Shown here in pieces: positions 28,394 through 36,781 of a stretch of 64,000 bases of DNA. Numbering within the stretch: position 1 is the stretch's first letter; every line of letters starts with the position of its first letter. The notes under the pieces are model-generated. The model was not told the DNA's origin and ran no database searches. It worked only from the letters and a program-made list of their open reading frames with translations. Origin of the DNA: Lachnospiraceae bacterium (GTDB lineage: Bacteria > Bacillota > Clostridia > Lachnospirales > Lachnospiraceae); assembly GCA_022766905.1 (NCBI GenBank), contig JALEPU010000057.1, positions 719 to 64,718 of the forward strand, in the 5' to 3' direction. The position numbers and the translations under genes are program-made.

Positions 28394-28407
28394 CTTGTCT
28401 TCATGCT

Positions 28408-28656
28408 CTACTCTTCTGTTACAGTTGGTATGATAAAACCATAAGAATCCTGAGTAATCAGACTCGAAAAATCAACCTCCGGCCTCTTTGCCACCTGATA
28501 ACTATAATATCCCCAGTATCCGAATCCGCCAATCACGACAATTCCTACCAGAACTCCTATTACTTTCCGAACCTTACGCATCTTTTTCTCTCTTGCGTTG
28601 ATTTTCTTACGGTTTGCTTTATATTTTTTATATTCATCTACTTTTCTCTGACTCAT
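28408..28656 (-). CDS. Small basic single-TM protein (hypothetical)
   Basis: Start set to the ATG at 28656, which has a GGAG 9 nt upstream. Lys/Arg-rich N-terminus followed by one TM helix (VIGVLVGIVVIGGFGYWGYY). Confidence 0.5.
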   Translation of the reverse strand: MSQRKVDEYKKYKANRKKINAREKKMRKVRKVIGVLVGIVVIGGFGYWGYYSYQVAKRPEVDFSSLITQDSYGFIIPTVTEE

Positions 28657-28864
28657 CTTCTTACTCTCCATCTATCTTATGATCATGCAAAATATCATGT
28701 TATTTTCTTACATAGCAACAGCCATAATATCGCTGTTGCTATTTATTATATCGCATTTAAAATGGTAAGACAAGACACTTTTCACTGAAAAATTTGCAAA
28801 AATCTGAACAATTTATGAAGCATGGATTTTGCCACTTCTATTTTTTTATTTATCTGCTTTTTTC

Positions 28865-30466
28865 TTATCCTCTCAGTATCTCTTCCAGCGCAAGATAAGC
28901 ATCTTCATCTTTCTTTTGTTCTTCCAACGGAAGTTCATCAAAAGGTACCAGCAGAGGATGCTTTCTTTTTTTCTTATCCCGAACCGGTGCATACTCCCAG
29001 TTGTTCATAAAATGATATCGATTCCACCTGATATGTTCAATCTGCCAAAGTTTTTTCTTTTCCTCTTCATTCAACTGATGATATGCCTTCACTGCCTCAT
29101 CTCCGATTCCCGGTTCATCCATCCTTCGATCTGCCCCCAGAAGCAACCTGATTTTTTCCGGAATATGATCTGCCTGAGCAACATTGGAATATCTTAAAAA
29201 GGTGGTCAGTTTACTCCAGTCTTCAAGGAGATTCGGACAGGAAACACATTGATTCAGAGAACACAAATTTCCATTTTGTTTATTTTGGCATGGTTTTCCA
29301 TCTACTGTACCGTCACAACAATATTGTGCAAAATATCTGCTGTGAATCAGTTTTGCATGGTAAAACAGCTTTTCTTTCAGAATTGTCTCAGGATCGTATA
29401 ATTCTTTATTTACGCCAAAAGGAACAATGTTTTCTTTTTCCAGATTCCATAATGCAGACAACATTTTCTCATCGGAAAATTTCATATAACAGGCAGTATC
29501 CGCATAATAGGTTTTTAATTCATTTAACAGTTCAATGTTTTTTGCATCCATATCTTCAATCAGAATAACCCGGTCAAAAAAGTGATTTCTTTCCAGAATT
29601 TCATACCACTCCATGTCATAAAAATACACCGTATCATGATTGTCACAAATAGAATCATAAGGTTTCGCATCCCGTTCTTCTCCTTTTTCATTGATAATCT
29701 TAACATGAACGGTTTTGCTCAAATGATAATGTTTGGACAAATAGGCATGATAATCGCCTGCGATATGATATTCGATCTGAGAATCCGTAGAAATCACATT
29801 TTTCAAAATAGCCTGAGTTAACAGTCTTTGTCCGTAATTGTCAAAACCCAGCAAAAGTATTTTTTCTTTTTTATTCGTAACAGGATATTTATTCCAATAA
29901 TCTCTGGCACAATTCTCAGCTATATTACAAACAACCAGCTGTCTGTTTTCATAACTTCCCCGCAGTATTTTTTCCGAACACAAAAATACTTCTTTTTCAC
30001 TGCCATAAAACATTTTTGTTCCATGTTCATCCATAAAATGATACATATCAAAATCGTCTTCAAACATAAGAATATGCCTTGGAGCCCGAAAAGCAATTGA
30101 TTTATCCGAACAGATTGCTTTATTTCCCAGACTCTCCATGACAAGATCCTTATTTGCACTATCTCCGTGAATGGCAATCACATTATTCGTCCTGATTTTC
30201 ACCCAGATTCTGATATAATCTACCATAGAATAAAGAGCAGCTGCAATTGCAGCTGCTGTAGCAACAGGAGCCATAAACCTTGCAAACTCCGTAGCCGGAT
30301 TTAATACTTTGGCTTCTACACTAAATTCCATCACATATAATTGTGCTGTCTTATAAATGCAGTCCCAAAAAGTTCCCTCGTTTAAATTTATGATTCCATA
30401 TAATCCTACAATTCCAGGGACAAAAAACAGAAGTTTCCAGATCCTTTCCCACTTCTTTTTTTTCAT
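28865..30466 (-). CDS. Membrane protein: N-terminal 2-TM channel-like segment, two Rossmann-like modules, Cys-rich insert and tandem C-terminal RyR domains
   Basis: Start set to the ATG at 30466 (GGAGAGGA RBS; 533 aa). The C-terminus HIRWNRYHFMNNWEYAPVRDKKKRKHPLLVPFDELPLEEQKKDED matches the RyR-domain signature. An earlier half-repeat reads LIHSRYFAQ...WSKL..FLRYSNVAQADHIPEKIRLLG. Confidence 0.7.
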   Translation of the reverse strand: MKKKKWERIWKLLFFVPGIVGLYGIINLNEGTFWDCIYKTAQLYVMEFSVEAKVLNPATEFARFMAPVATAAAIAAALYSMVDYIRIWVKIRTNNVIAIHGDSANKDLVMESLGNKAICSDKSIAFRAPRHILMFEDDFDMYHFMDEHGTKMFYGSEKEVFLCSEKILRGSYENRQLVVCNIAENCARDYWNKYPVTNKKEKILLLGFDNYGQRLLTQAILKNVISTDSQIEYHIAGDYHAYLSKHYHLSKTVHVKIINEKGEERDAKPYDSICDNHDTVYFYDMEWYEILERNHFFDRVILIEDMDAKNIELLNELKTYYADTACYMKFSDEKMLSALWNLEKENIVPFGVNKELYDPETILKEKLFYHAKLIHSRYFAQYCCDGTVDGKPCQNKQNGNLCSLNQCVSCPNLLEDWSKLTTFLRYSNVAQADHIPEKIRLLLGADRRMDEPGIGDEAVKAYHQLNEEEKKKLWQIEHIRWNRYHFMNNWEYAPVRDKKKRKHPLLVPFDELPLEEQKKDEDAYLALEEILRG

Positions 30467-30482
30467 CAATTCCTCTCCTCCA

Positions 30483-31055
30483 TCAGAACGTGTCCAGATC
30501 ATCCTCATAATCATGGGTTGCAACATATTTGACATACTCAATTGCTTCCCTGACAGGCGGCAGACAAAGTACAACAAAAGAAATCAGCGCTTCTGCACCA
30601 ATATAACCGCCACAGTAAATCAAACCATATCTAATGTTTGCTGCCATAGTCTGATCAACCATGTAATAGAACCAGACACAGTTCCATACACTTTCTATGT
30701 ACCGGAAAAGAACAGCAAAGAGATAACCTTTCTGAAGGCCTTTTTTCTGATGAGAGAAAAATCCTCCCAGCCCAAGAACCCCGTATCCCAGAAGATAATC
30801 CCATACTTCCGGTACATTGATAATACCTGGATAATCCAGAACATATTTGATTGCTCCGAAACAAAAACAGGTAAACAACCCGGTTGGCCCGCCGTAAAAA
30901 TATCCTGCCAGGCAGAGAATCATCATGCTAAGACAGGTGACTTCTCCTCCTTCTTTCAACTGAAGAGGCTGCATATAAGAAAGCAGCAGGCTCAGTGCAA
31001 GAAGGGTGATAATCCAAAACCATTTTCGATTCCACAGATATCCTTCTTTTATCAT
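30483..31055 (-). CDS. ThiT/YuaJ-like polytopic membrane protein (ECF S-component-like)
   Basis: Start set to the ATG at 31055, which forms an ATGA overlap with the upstream stop. GGEVTCLSMMILCLAGYFYGGPTGLF...LDYPGI...LGYGVLGLGGFF follows the ThiT (Thia_YuaJ) pattern. About 190 aa with 6 predicted TM helices. Confidence 0.55.
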   Translation of the reverse strand: MIKEGYLWNRKWFWIITLLALSLLLSYMQPLQLKEGGEVTCLSMMILCLAGYFYGGPTGLFTCFCFGAIKYVLDYPGIINVPEVWDYLLGYGVLGLGGFFSHQKKGLQKGYLFAVLFRYIESVWNCVWFYYMVDQTMAANIRYGLIYCGGYIGAEALISFVVLCLPPVREAIEYVKYVATHDYEDDLDTF

Positions 31056-32947
31056 TTTTCCACCGATCCTTTTTCTCTTAATTTCTGTTTTCTTATATGG
31101 CGGTTTTTCTTGCTCAGAATGTACCACACGAGCAGAATCAATCCGCCTCCGCCCAGCACGACAACATCAAAGGTATTAGATGCCGATTCCACCGGAATTC
31201 CGCAGCTTTCATAAAACCTGCTTAAAAGACCTACCATATATTCCTGGACCTGCAAAATTGCCAGAATTGTTGCTGCTATATTAATAACCGCTCCGTTTCT
31301 ACGTTCATCTCTGGCATTTTTGATATCTACTATATGTTCCAGAAATTCCTGTTGCTCATAGTAATCCCGCCGCAATTCATCGTTTCCAAAGGCCTGTTTG
31401 ATCTGATCCGCTTCTCTTTGCGTTCCGTAATATTTAAAATTATTGCTTTGCCAGAACTTAATGGTTTTTGCATAATCTCTGTAAATCTGTCCGATATATT
31501 CATAGGAAACATCGCCTTCATGGGCAAGGGCATTGGATACTTTTATGGTCACTTTATTTAAAGCAGTATTTTGGAAAATCACCATTTCCACAATAAAAAT
31601 ATAGGTTGCGGTAAGTTCTATTCTCTCTTTTAATTCTTCCGGCTGAAACTCCTTCAAAATAAATGCAACCACCGCTTCCGTCATATAGACTTCATAATAG
31701 TCGTATACAGCCCGGTTTTTCTCCGCCTGCTCTTTCAATTCTTCATACTGAATATGAAAATCCTGATGCATACTGTTATAAGCTTCTGCCGTTAAAATAT
31801 TATAAAATTCCCGTTCTATTTCCGGTTTATTGGACATACAGATAATACTTTTTCCGGTTCCACAGGGAAGAAGACCAAACTCTTCTTTTAAGTACTGATT
31901 CAGTTCCTGATACTGATAAAAGCCCTTTTCATCCATGTCATTTTTATGACGGATTTTCAGGTAGCCATGACTTAACTGGTCCTCCACCTGAGAAGTGGAA
32001 TATCTGCAATCCGGAATAAAAAGCATAACTACATACATATGAGAAGAATGATGAGCAAGCAGGGAAAGGTACACCTTTTCTTCCCCCTGAATGTATGGTC
32101 TTGCGTTCTCATCTTCCTCGTCTTCATAGGTATCCAGGGTGTGAAGAAACATAAATTCTCCCAGATAAACTCTTTTTAATTCATTCACTACCGTATTCTG
32201 ACATTCATAATTCAGGCAGTCATCCAAAGCATTTAACAGGTAGCCTGCCACTTCCGGAGTTTTTGCATTTTTTATGCTGTATTCTTCTCCAAACAGTTTT
32301 TCTACTTTTGTATTTTTTTTATTGTCTGCATAGGGAAGAAAAAGATATACATCATCTTTGTAGGTCTTGAAATAAAGATCTTTCTTCAACAGCTTTTTCA
32401 GATAGATTCCGTCGCAAAGATAGACTTTATTTTCATCATGAATCTCCCGGTAAATGCGAAACATTCTGCTCCTCAAAAATTTCTGCCCATCTTCGGAAAC
32501 AGCAGTTGCAGAAATAGCATGAATCGGGTAACCTTCCTCTTCCAGCTCGTTGAGATAATCTACAAAACCGTCTGTTAATGTCATCACCACATTTTTATCA
32601 GACCGGTATTCTGGTGAAACGGCAATAGAAATAATAAACAAATTATTATCTTCCTCTTTGGAATAATCTGCCATTTCATCCGGTCTGATATCATCATCCC
32701 GTATTTCCATGCCCGTCTCTACAATTTCATCCCAAAGCTTTGGTTTTACCGGGAAAAAATTGATATAACCTGCAACTTTGTCTCCATCCATTACACAGAC
32801 AAAAGTTCTGGGATTTTCTTTGTATCTGTCTTCCATGTTCACCAGTTCTCCCACATACTGGTCCGGATAGCATTTTGCATCAATTTCCATAATTTTTGGC
32901 AAAAATGCAAGTCCCATCTCTTCGCCTTTTAAAATACTATACTTCAT
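31052..32947 (-). CDS. GNAT-family N-acetyltransferase fused to a large helical domain and a C-terminal 2-TM hairpin
   Basis: Start set to the ATG at 32947 (AGGAG RBS, 23 nt after the potD stop). The first roughly 190 aa look like a GNAT fold (VAGYINFFP..., FIISIAVSPEYR). The last 80 aa contain two TM helices (AVINIAATILAILQV / VVVLGGGGLILLVWYIL). Confidence 0.6.
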   Translation of the reverse strand: MKYSILKGEEMGLAFLPKIMEIDAKCYPDQYVGELVNMEDRYKENPRTFVCVMDGDKVAGYINFFPVKPKLWDEIVETGMEIRDDDIRPDEMADYSKEEDNNLFIISIAVSPEYRSDKNVVMTLTDGFVDYLNELEEEGYPIHAISATAVSEDGQKFLRSRMFRIYREIHDENKVYLCDGIYLKKLLKKDLYFKTYKDDVYLFLPYADNKKNTKVEKLFGEEYSIKNAKTPEVAGYLLNALDDCLNYECQNTVVNELKRVYLGEFMFLHTLDTYEDEEDENARPYIQGEEKVYLSLLAHHSSHMYVVMLFIPDCRYSTSQVEDQLSHGYLKIRHKNDMDEKGFYQYQELNQYLKEEFGLLPCGTGKSIICMSNKPEIEREFYNILTAEAYNSMHQDFHIQYEELKEQAEKNRAVYDYYEVYMTEAVVAFILKEFQPEELKERIELTATYIFIVEMVIFQNTALNKVTIKVSNALAHEGDVSYEYIGQIYRDYAKTIKFWQSNNFKYYGTQREADQIKQAFGNDELRRDYYEQQEFLEHIVDIKNARDERRNGAVINIAATILAILQVQEYMVGLLSRFYESCGIPVESASNTFDVVVLGGGGLILLVWYILSKKNRHIRKQKLREKGSVEK

Positions 32948-32970
32948 TGCATGCTCCTGACCTTGACCCT

Positions 32971-34032
32971 TTAGTCTGCTTTCAGCTCTTTCCACAATTC
33001 ATTCATAAAATCTGTCGTTTTTTCATCAGTCATGAGAGATACTTCGCAGTCCTTTGTGGCATCGTCAGATGGAACCAAAGCCTCATCTGCCCGATCTTCC
33101 TCTGACAGACTTTCAATCACTGCTTCATTTGGTGTAGAATAGTAAATATATTCAAAATTCTTCTGGGCAATATCTTCTCTGCACAGGAAATCTAAAAACT
33201 TCTGTGCAGCATCCATATTGTCACAGTATTTTGTAACACACCAGGAATCCAGCCATACATTGGAACCTTCCTTTGGAATCACATAAGCCAGATTTTCATT
33301 GTACTGATGTCCCAGATAAGCCTCTCCGGAATATACAACAGCCATAGTTGCATTCCCTGCAACAACTTCATCTCTGGCTTCGTCTACCAGATAAGCCTGT
33401 ACATCCGGTTTCTGTTTTAAAAGCAGTTCCTGAGCCTCTTTCAGTTCTTTTTCATCGCTGCTGTTCAAAGAATATCCAAGGGCTTTCAACGCCAGCATGA
33501 ACATATCACGCATACTGTTCTGCATGACGATTTCACCGGAATATTCTCCATTAAATAATACATTCCAGCTGTCTACCGGCTCTTTTACCTTGGTCGTATC
33601 ATAAAGGATACCTAAAGTTCCCCAAAAATACGGAACCGTATAGTTGTTATCCGGGTCAAATGCTTTTGAAAATTCCCAGTATTTATCTCCAATATTCTCT
33701 TTGTTTTCCAGGGCATCTATATCAATTTCCTGTAACTCTCCTTCACTAATCAGTTTTTGAAGCATATAATCCGTAGAGCAAAGCAAATCATATTCGATTG
33801 CACCGGATTTATATTTGGTATACATCTCTTCCGGAGTCAAAGCCTCTTCATATTTCACTTCAATTCCTGTCTCTTCCGTAAACTGATCCAAAACATCCGG
33901 ATCCATATATTCTCCGTAATTAAAAACTGTCAGAGTATCTGTCACTTCTGTCTTTTTGCTTCCGCATCCGGTCAGAACCCCGGAACATGCCATTACTGCA
34001 GCCATTACAAAACATACGATTCTTTTTTTCAT
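32971..34032 (-). CDS. potD: Spermidine/putrescine ABC transporter substrate-binding lipoprotein
   Basis: Lipobox LTGCGS, a PotD-like SBP_bac_8 sequence, and its position after potABC. Confidence 0.85.
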   Translation of the reverse strand: MKKRIVCFVMAAVMACSGVLTGCGSKKTEVTDTLTVFNYGEYMDPDVLDQFTEETGIEVKYEEALTPEEMYTKYKSGAIEYDLLCSTDYMLQKLISEGELQEIDIDALENKENIGDKYWEFSKAFDPDNNYTVPYFWGTLGILYDTTKVKEPVDSWNVLFNGEYSGEIVMQNSMRDMFMLALKALGYSLNSSDEKELKEAQELLLKQKPDVQAYLVDEARDEVVAGNATMAVVYSGEAYLGHQYNENLAYVIPKEGSNVWLDSWCVTKYCDNMDAAQKFLDFLCREDIAQKNFEYIYYSTPNEAVIESLSEEDRADEALVPSDDATKDCEVSLMTDEKTTDFMNELWKELKAD

Positions 34033-34076
34033 TTCTCGTCCTCTCTCTTTCTTTCTAACTAATATCCTGCATAATA

Positions 34077-34874
34077 TTATCCGATGTAGGATTTCTCTTC
34101 CTTTTTTCTGGATGGAAAATAATTTACCACCAGCAAAATCATAAATACAAATACAAAAATAATCGTAGACAGAGCATACATCTCCGGTTTGATTCCTTTT
34201 CGTATTTCTCCGTATATCATGGTGGAGAGAGTATTAACTCCTGCTCCTTTTGTAAAATAGGTTATTACAAAATCATCCATAGACATGGTAAATGCCATGA
34301 AAAAACCGGAAAGAATTCCACCTGTAAGCTGAGGCAGAATAATCTTAAAAAACGCATAGACTGCATTCGCCCCCAAGTCTCTTGCTGCTTCATAAATACT
34401 CAGGTTCATCTGCTTGATCTTTGGCATCACGCTTAGAATGACATAAGGAATATTAAATGTAATATGAGCAAGTAAGACACTTCCAAATCCCAGGGGAATA
34501 AAATGAACAAACCAGAGCATCAGAGCAATACCGGTTACAATGTCCGCATTTAACATCGGGATATTGGTAAGTATCATCATAATCTTATAATTTCTTTGTC
34601 GCATCGCATGGATACCTAATGCTCCAAGCACTCCTACCACAGTTGCAATCAGCGCTGACATAAGAGCCAGAATCAAAGTCGTTGCCAAAGCTTCCTTAAT
34701 CTGCCGGTTGGAAAACAGTCTCTGATACCAGTTTAAAGTAAATCCTCCCCAGGTTACCCGGGATCTGGAATCATTGAAAGAAAGTACAATCAGCACCAGA
34801 ATAGGAGCATACAAAAATATCATAATGATGCCGATATAAAACCGACTCACCCAGTCTTTTATCTTTTCTACCAT
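34077..34874 (-). CDS. potC: Spermidine/putrescine ABC transporter permease
   Basis: 265 aa, 6 TM helices, EAA loop (YEAARDLGA). Confidence 0.85.
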   Translation of the reverse strand: MVEKIKDWVSRFYIGIIMIFLYAPILVLIVLSFNDSRSRVTWGGFTLNWYQRLFSNRQIKEALATTLILALMSALIATVVGVLGALGIHAMRQRNYKIMMILTNIPMLNADIVTGIALMLWFVHFIPLGFGSVLLAHITFNIPYVILSVMPKIKQMNLSIYEAARDLGANAVYAFFKIILPQLTGGILSGFFMAFTMSMDDFVITYFTKGAGVNTLSTMIYGEIRKGIKPEMYALSTIIFVFVFMILLVVNYFPSRKKEEKSYIG

Positions 34875-35704
34875 ATTGCCGAGCCCTTTCCTTCTACTTC
34901 ATTTTTCGTGGTAAATGCCATACTGATTAATACAAAGATCATCAGGGAGACAGATAGTCCGGATCCCAGATTCCAGTTGACACTCTTGGTAAATTCCTGT
35001 TCGATAATATTTCCGATTAACTGAAGCTTGCCGCCTCCTAAAATATCTGATATTACAAATGACGTCATGGAAGGCACAAAAACCATCACAATTCCACTTA
35101 ACAACCCGGGAACGGATAAAGGAAAAATGATTTTCCGAAAAATCGTAAGACTTCCGGCGCCTAAATCTTTTGCAGCTTCAATGATATCTTCATCAATTTC
35201 CGATATGGCATTAAAAATCGGAAGTACCATAAAAGGAAGGTAGTCATAAACAACACCGATCATAATCGCCGTTCCCGTATTGGCAATGGCTAACGGCTCG
35301 ATTCCAACCTTCTGAAGGAGAAAATTCAAAATTCCATTAGAAGATAAAATCATCTGCCAGGCCAGAATCCTTAAAATAAAATTCATCCACATAGGAAGGA
35401 TCAGTACAAAAATCATAAAGCCCTGTTTTCCCATATTCAGCCTTCTCAGTGCCATCACGAGAGGATAGGACAAGAGAATACATACAAAAGTACATCCCAA
35501 CGCAATCTCCAGAGAAAAGATCATCGCTTTCATATGAATCGGGTCTGCAATAGCCAGAATATTATCCAGCGTAAATCCTCCGTCCCGCCCTGTTAATGCA
35601 TAGCGGAAAATCACGATCATCGGAATCAGGGTAAATCCAATGACCCAGAGCACATAGGGAGAAGACAGCCAGCTTCTCGGATTGACCGATTTTAATTTAT
35701 TCAT
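34868..35704 (-). CDS. potB: Spermidine/putrescine ABC transporter permease
   Basis: 278 aa, 6 TM helices, EAA loop (IEAAKDLGAG). Overlaps both potA and potC. Confidence 0.85.
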   Translation of the reverse strand: MNKLKSVNPRSWLSSPYVLWVIGFTLIPMIVIFRYALTGRDGGFTLDNILAIADPIHMKAMIFSLEIALGCTFVCILLSYPLVMALRRLNMGKQGFMIFVLILPMWMNFILRILAWQMILSSNGILNFLLQKVGIEPLAIANTGTAIMIGVVYDYLPFMVLPIFNAISEIDEDIIEAAKDLGAGSLTIFRKIIFPLSVPGLLSGIVMVFVPSMTSFVISDILGGGKLQLIGNIIEQEFTKSVNWNLGSGLSVSLMIFVLISMAFTTKNEVEGKGSAIW

Positions 35705-36770
35705 CTTCTTTTATAACCTCCGCATCCTTAGAATGAGGTTTATGCATAATCTGAATATTGTCAGGCAGAATCGTAAGTCCTACCATATCTCCGATTGGAG
35801 CCGGATTGACACTTTGAACGGACCAGTCATAATCCCCTACCTGAACTTTGATCTCATAGTATGCGCCTTTAAATATAATGGAAATAACCCTTCCCGAAAG
35901 GAATCCTTCGTTCTCTCCTACAATCACCAGATCCTCCGGCCGGATTACCACATCTACCGGTTCATCTTTTCCAAATCCGGTATCCACACATAAGATTGGT
36001 ACATTCTGAATCTCAACCAGACAATCTTCTCTCATAATTCCATCAATAATATTACTGTCTCCGATGAAATCGGCTACAAAAGCATTCTGTGGCTCATCAT
36101 AAATACTCTTTGATGTACCCATCTGCTGAATGATTCCTTTGTTCATGACAATAATCCGGTCCGACATGGTAAGGGCCTCTTCCTGATCATGGGTAACATA
36201 GACAAAGGTAATACCAACTTCTTTTTTTATCTTAATCAGCTCCCGCTGCATCCCATGACGAAGTTTTAAATCCAGCGCACCAAGAGGTTCATCCAAAAGA
36301 AGAATCTCCGGTTCATTTACAATGGCTCTTGCTATGGCAACCCTCTGCTGCTGACCACCGCTTAATGAAGTCGGTTTTCTCTTTCCATACCCATCCATAT
36401 TAACCAGTTTCAGTGCGTATGCTACTTTATCTTTGATGTATTGGGCACTTTTCTTTTTCAGTTTCAAACCAAACGCAATGTTTTCCTCCACATTCATGTG
36501 GGGGAATAAAGAATATTTCTGAAATACCGTGTTTACATTACGTTTGTCCGGAGATAATCCGGTAATATCCTTTCCTTCAAATAATACTCTTCCTTCGTCC
36601 GGCTTTTCAAATCCTCCGATAATCCGAAGAGTTGTTGACTTCCCACAGCCGGAAGGGCCTAAAAGGGTAATAAATTCATTCCTTTTAATCTCAAGATTCA
36701 TATTATTCAATATTTTCTTGCCATCAAAAGACTTACTTATAGAGTCTAATTCTAAAATAACGTCTTTCAT
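35697..36770 (-). CDS. potA: Spermidine/putrescine ABC transporter ATP-binding protein
   Basis: Start set to the ATG at 36770 (GGAGGA RBS). Walker A GPSGCGKST, signature LSGGQQQR, Walker B LLLDEPLGALD, plus a TOBE-like C-terminus. Confidence 0.9.
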   Translation of the reverse strand: MKDVILELDSISKSFDGKKILNNMNLEIKRNEFITLLGPSGCGKSTTLRIIGGFEKPDEGRVLFEGKDITGLSPDKRNVNTVFQKYSLFPHMNVEENIAFGLKLKKKSAQYIKDKVAYALKLVNMDGYGKRKPTSLSGGQQQRVAIARAIVNEPEILLLDEPLGALDLKLRHGMQRELIKIKKEVGITFVYVTHDQEEALTMSDRIIVMNKGIIQQMGTSKSIYDEPQNAFVADFIGDSNIIDGIMREDCLVEIQNVPILCVDTGFGKDEPVDVVIRPEDLVIVGENEGFLSGRVISIIFKGAYYEIKVQVGDYDWSVQSVNPAPIGDMVGLTILPDNIQIMHKPHSKDAEVIKEDE

Positions 36771-36781
36771 TCCTGTCCTCC

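Noticed and set aside
28712-28742. The hairpin ATAGCAACAGC / GCTGTTGCTAT downstream of the RyR-domain gene, considered as its terminator.
   Set aside because: On the minus strand the stem is followed by GUAAGAAAAUAAC, which is not a U-tract. It may still be a weak terminator, but the evidence is insufficient to call one.
30357-31214. A 285-aa plus-strand ORF lying antisense to the ThiT-like gene and the ends of its neighbours.
   Set aside because: - The composition is low-complexity and unlike a real protein (runs of F, P, S, T), and there is no RBS.
- It is fully embedded opposite three well-formed, tightly coupled minus-strand genes. A long antisense frame like this is expected by chance in AT-rich coding DNA.
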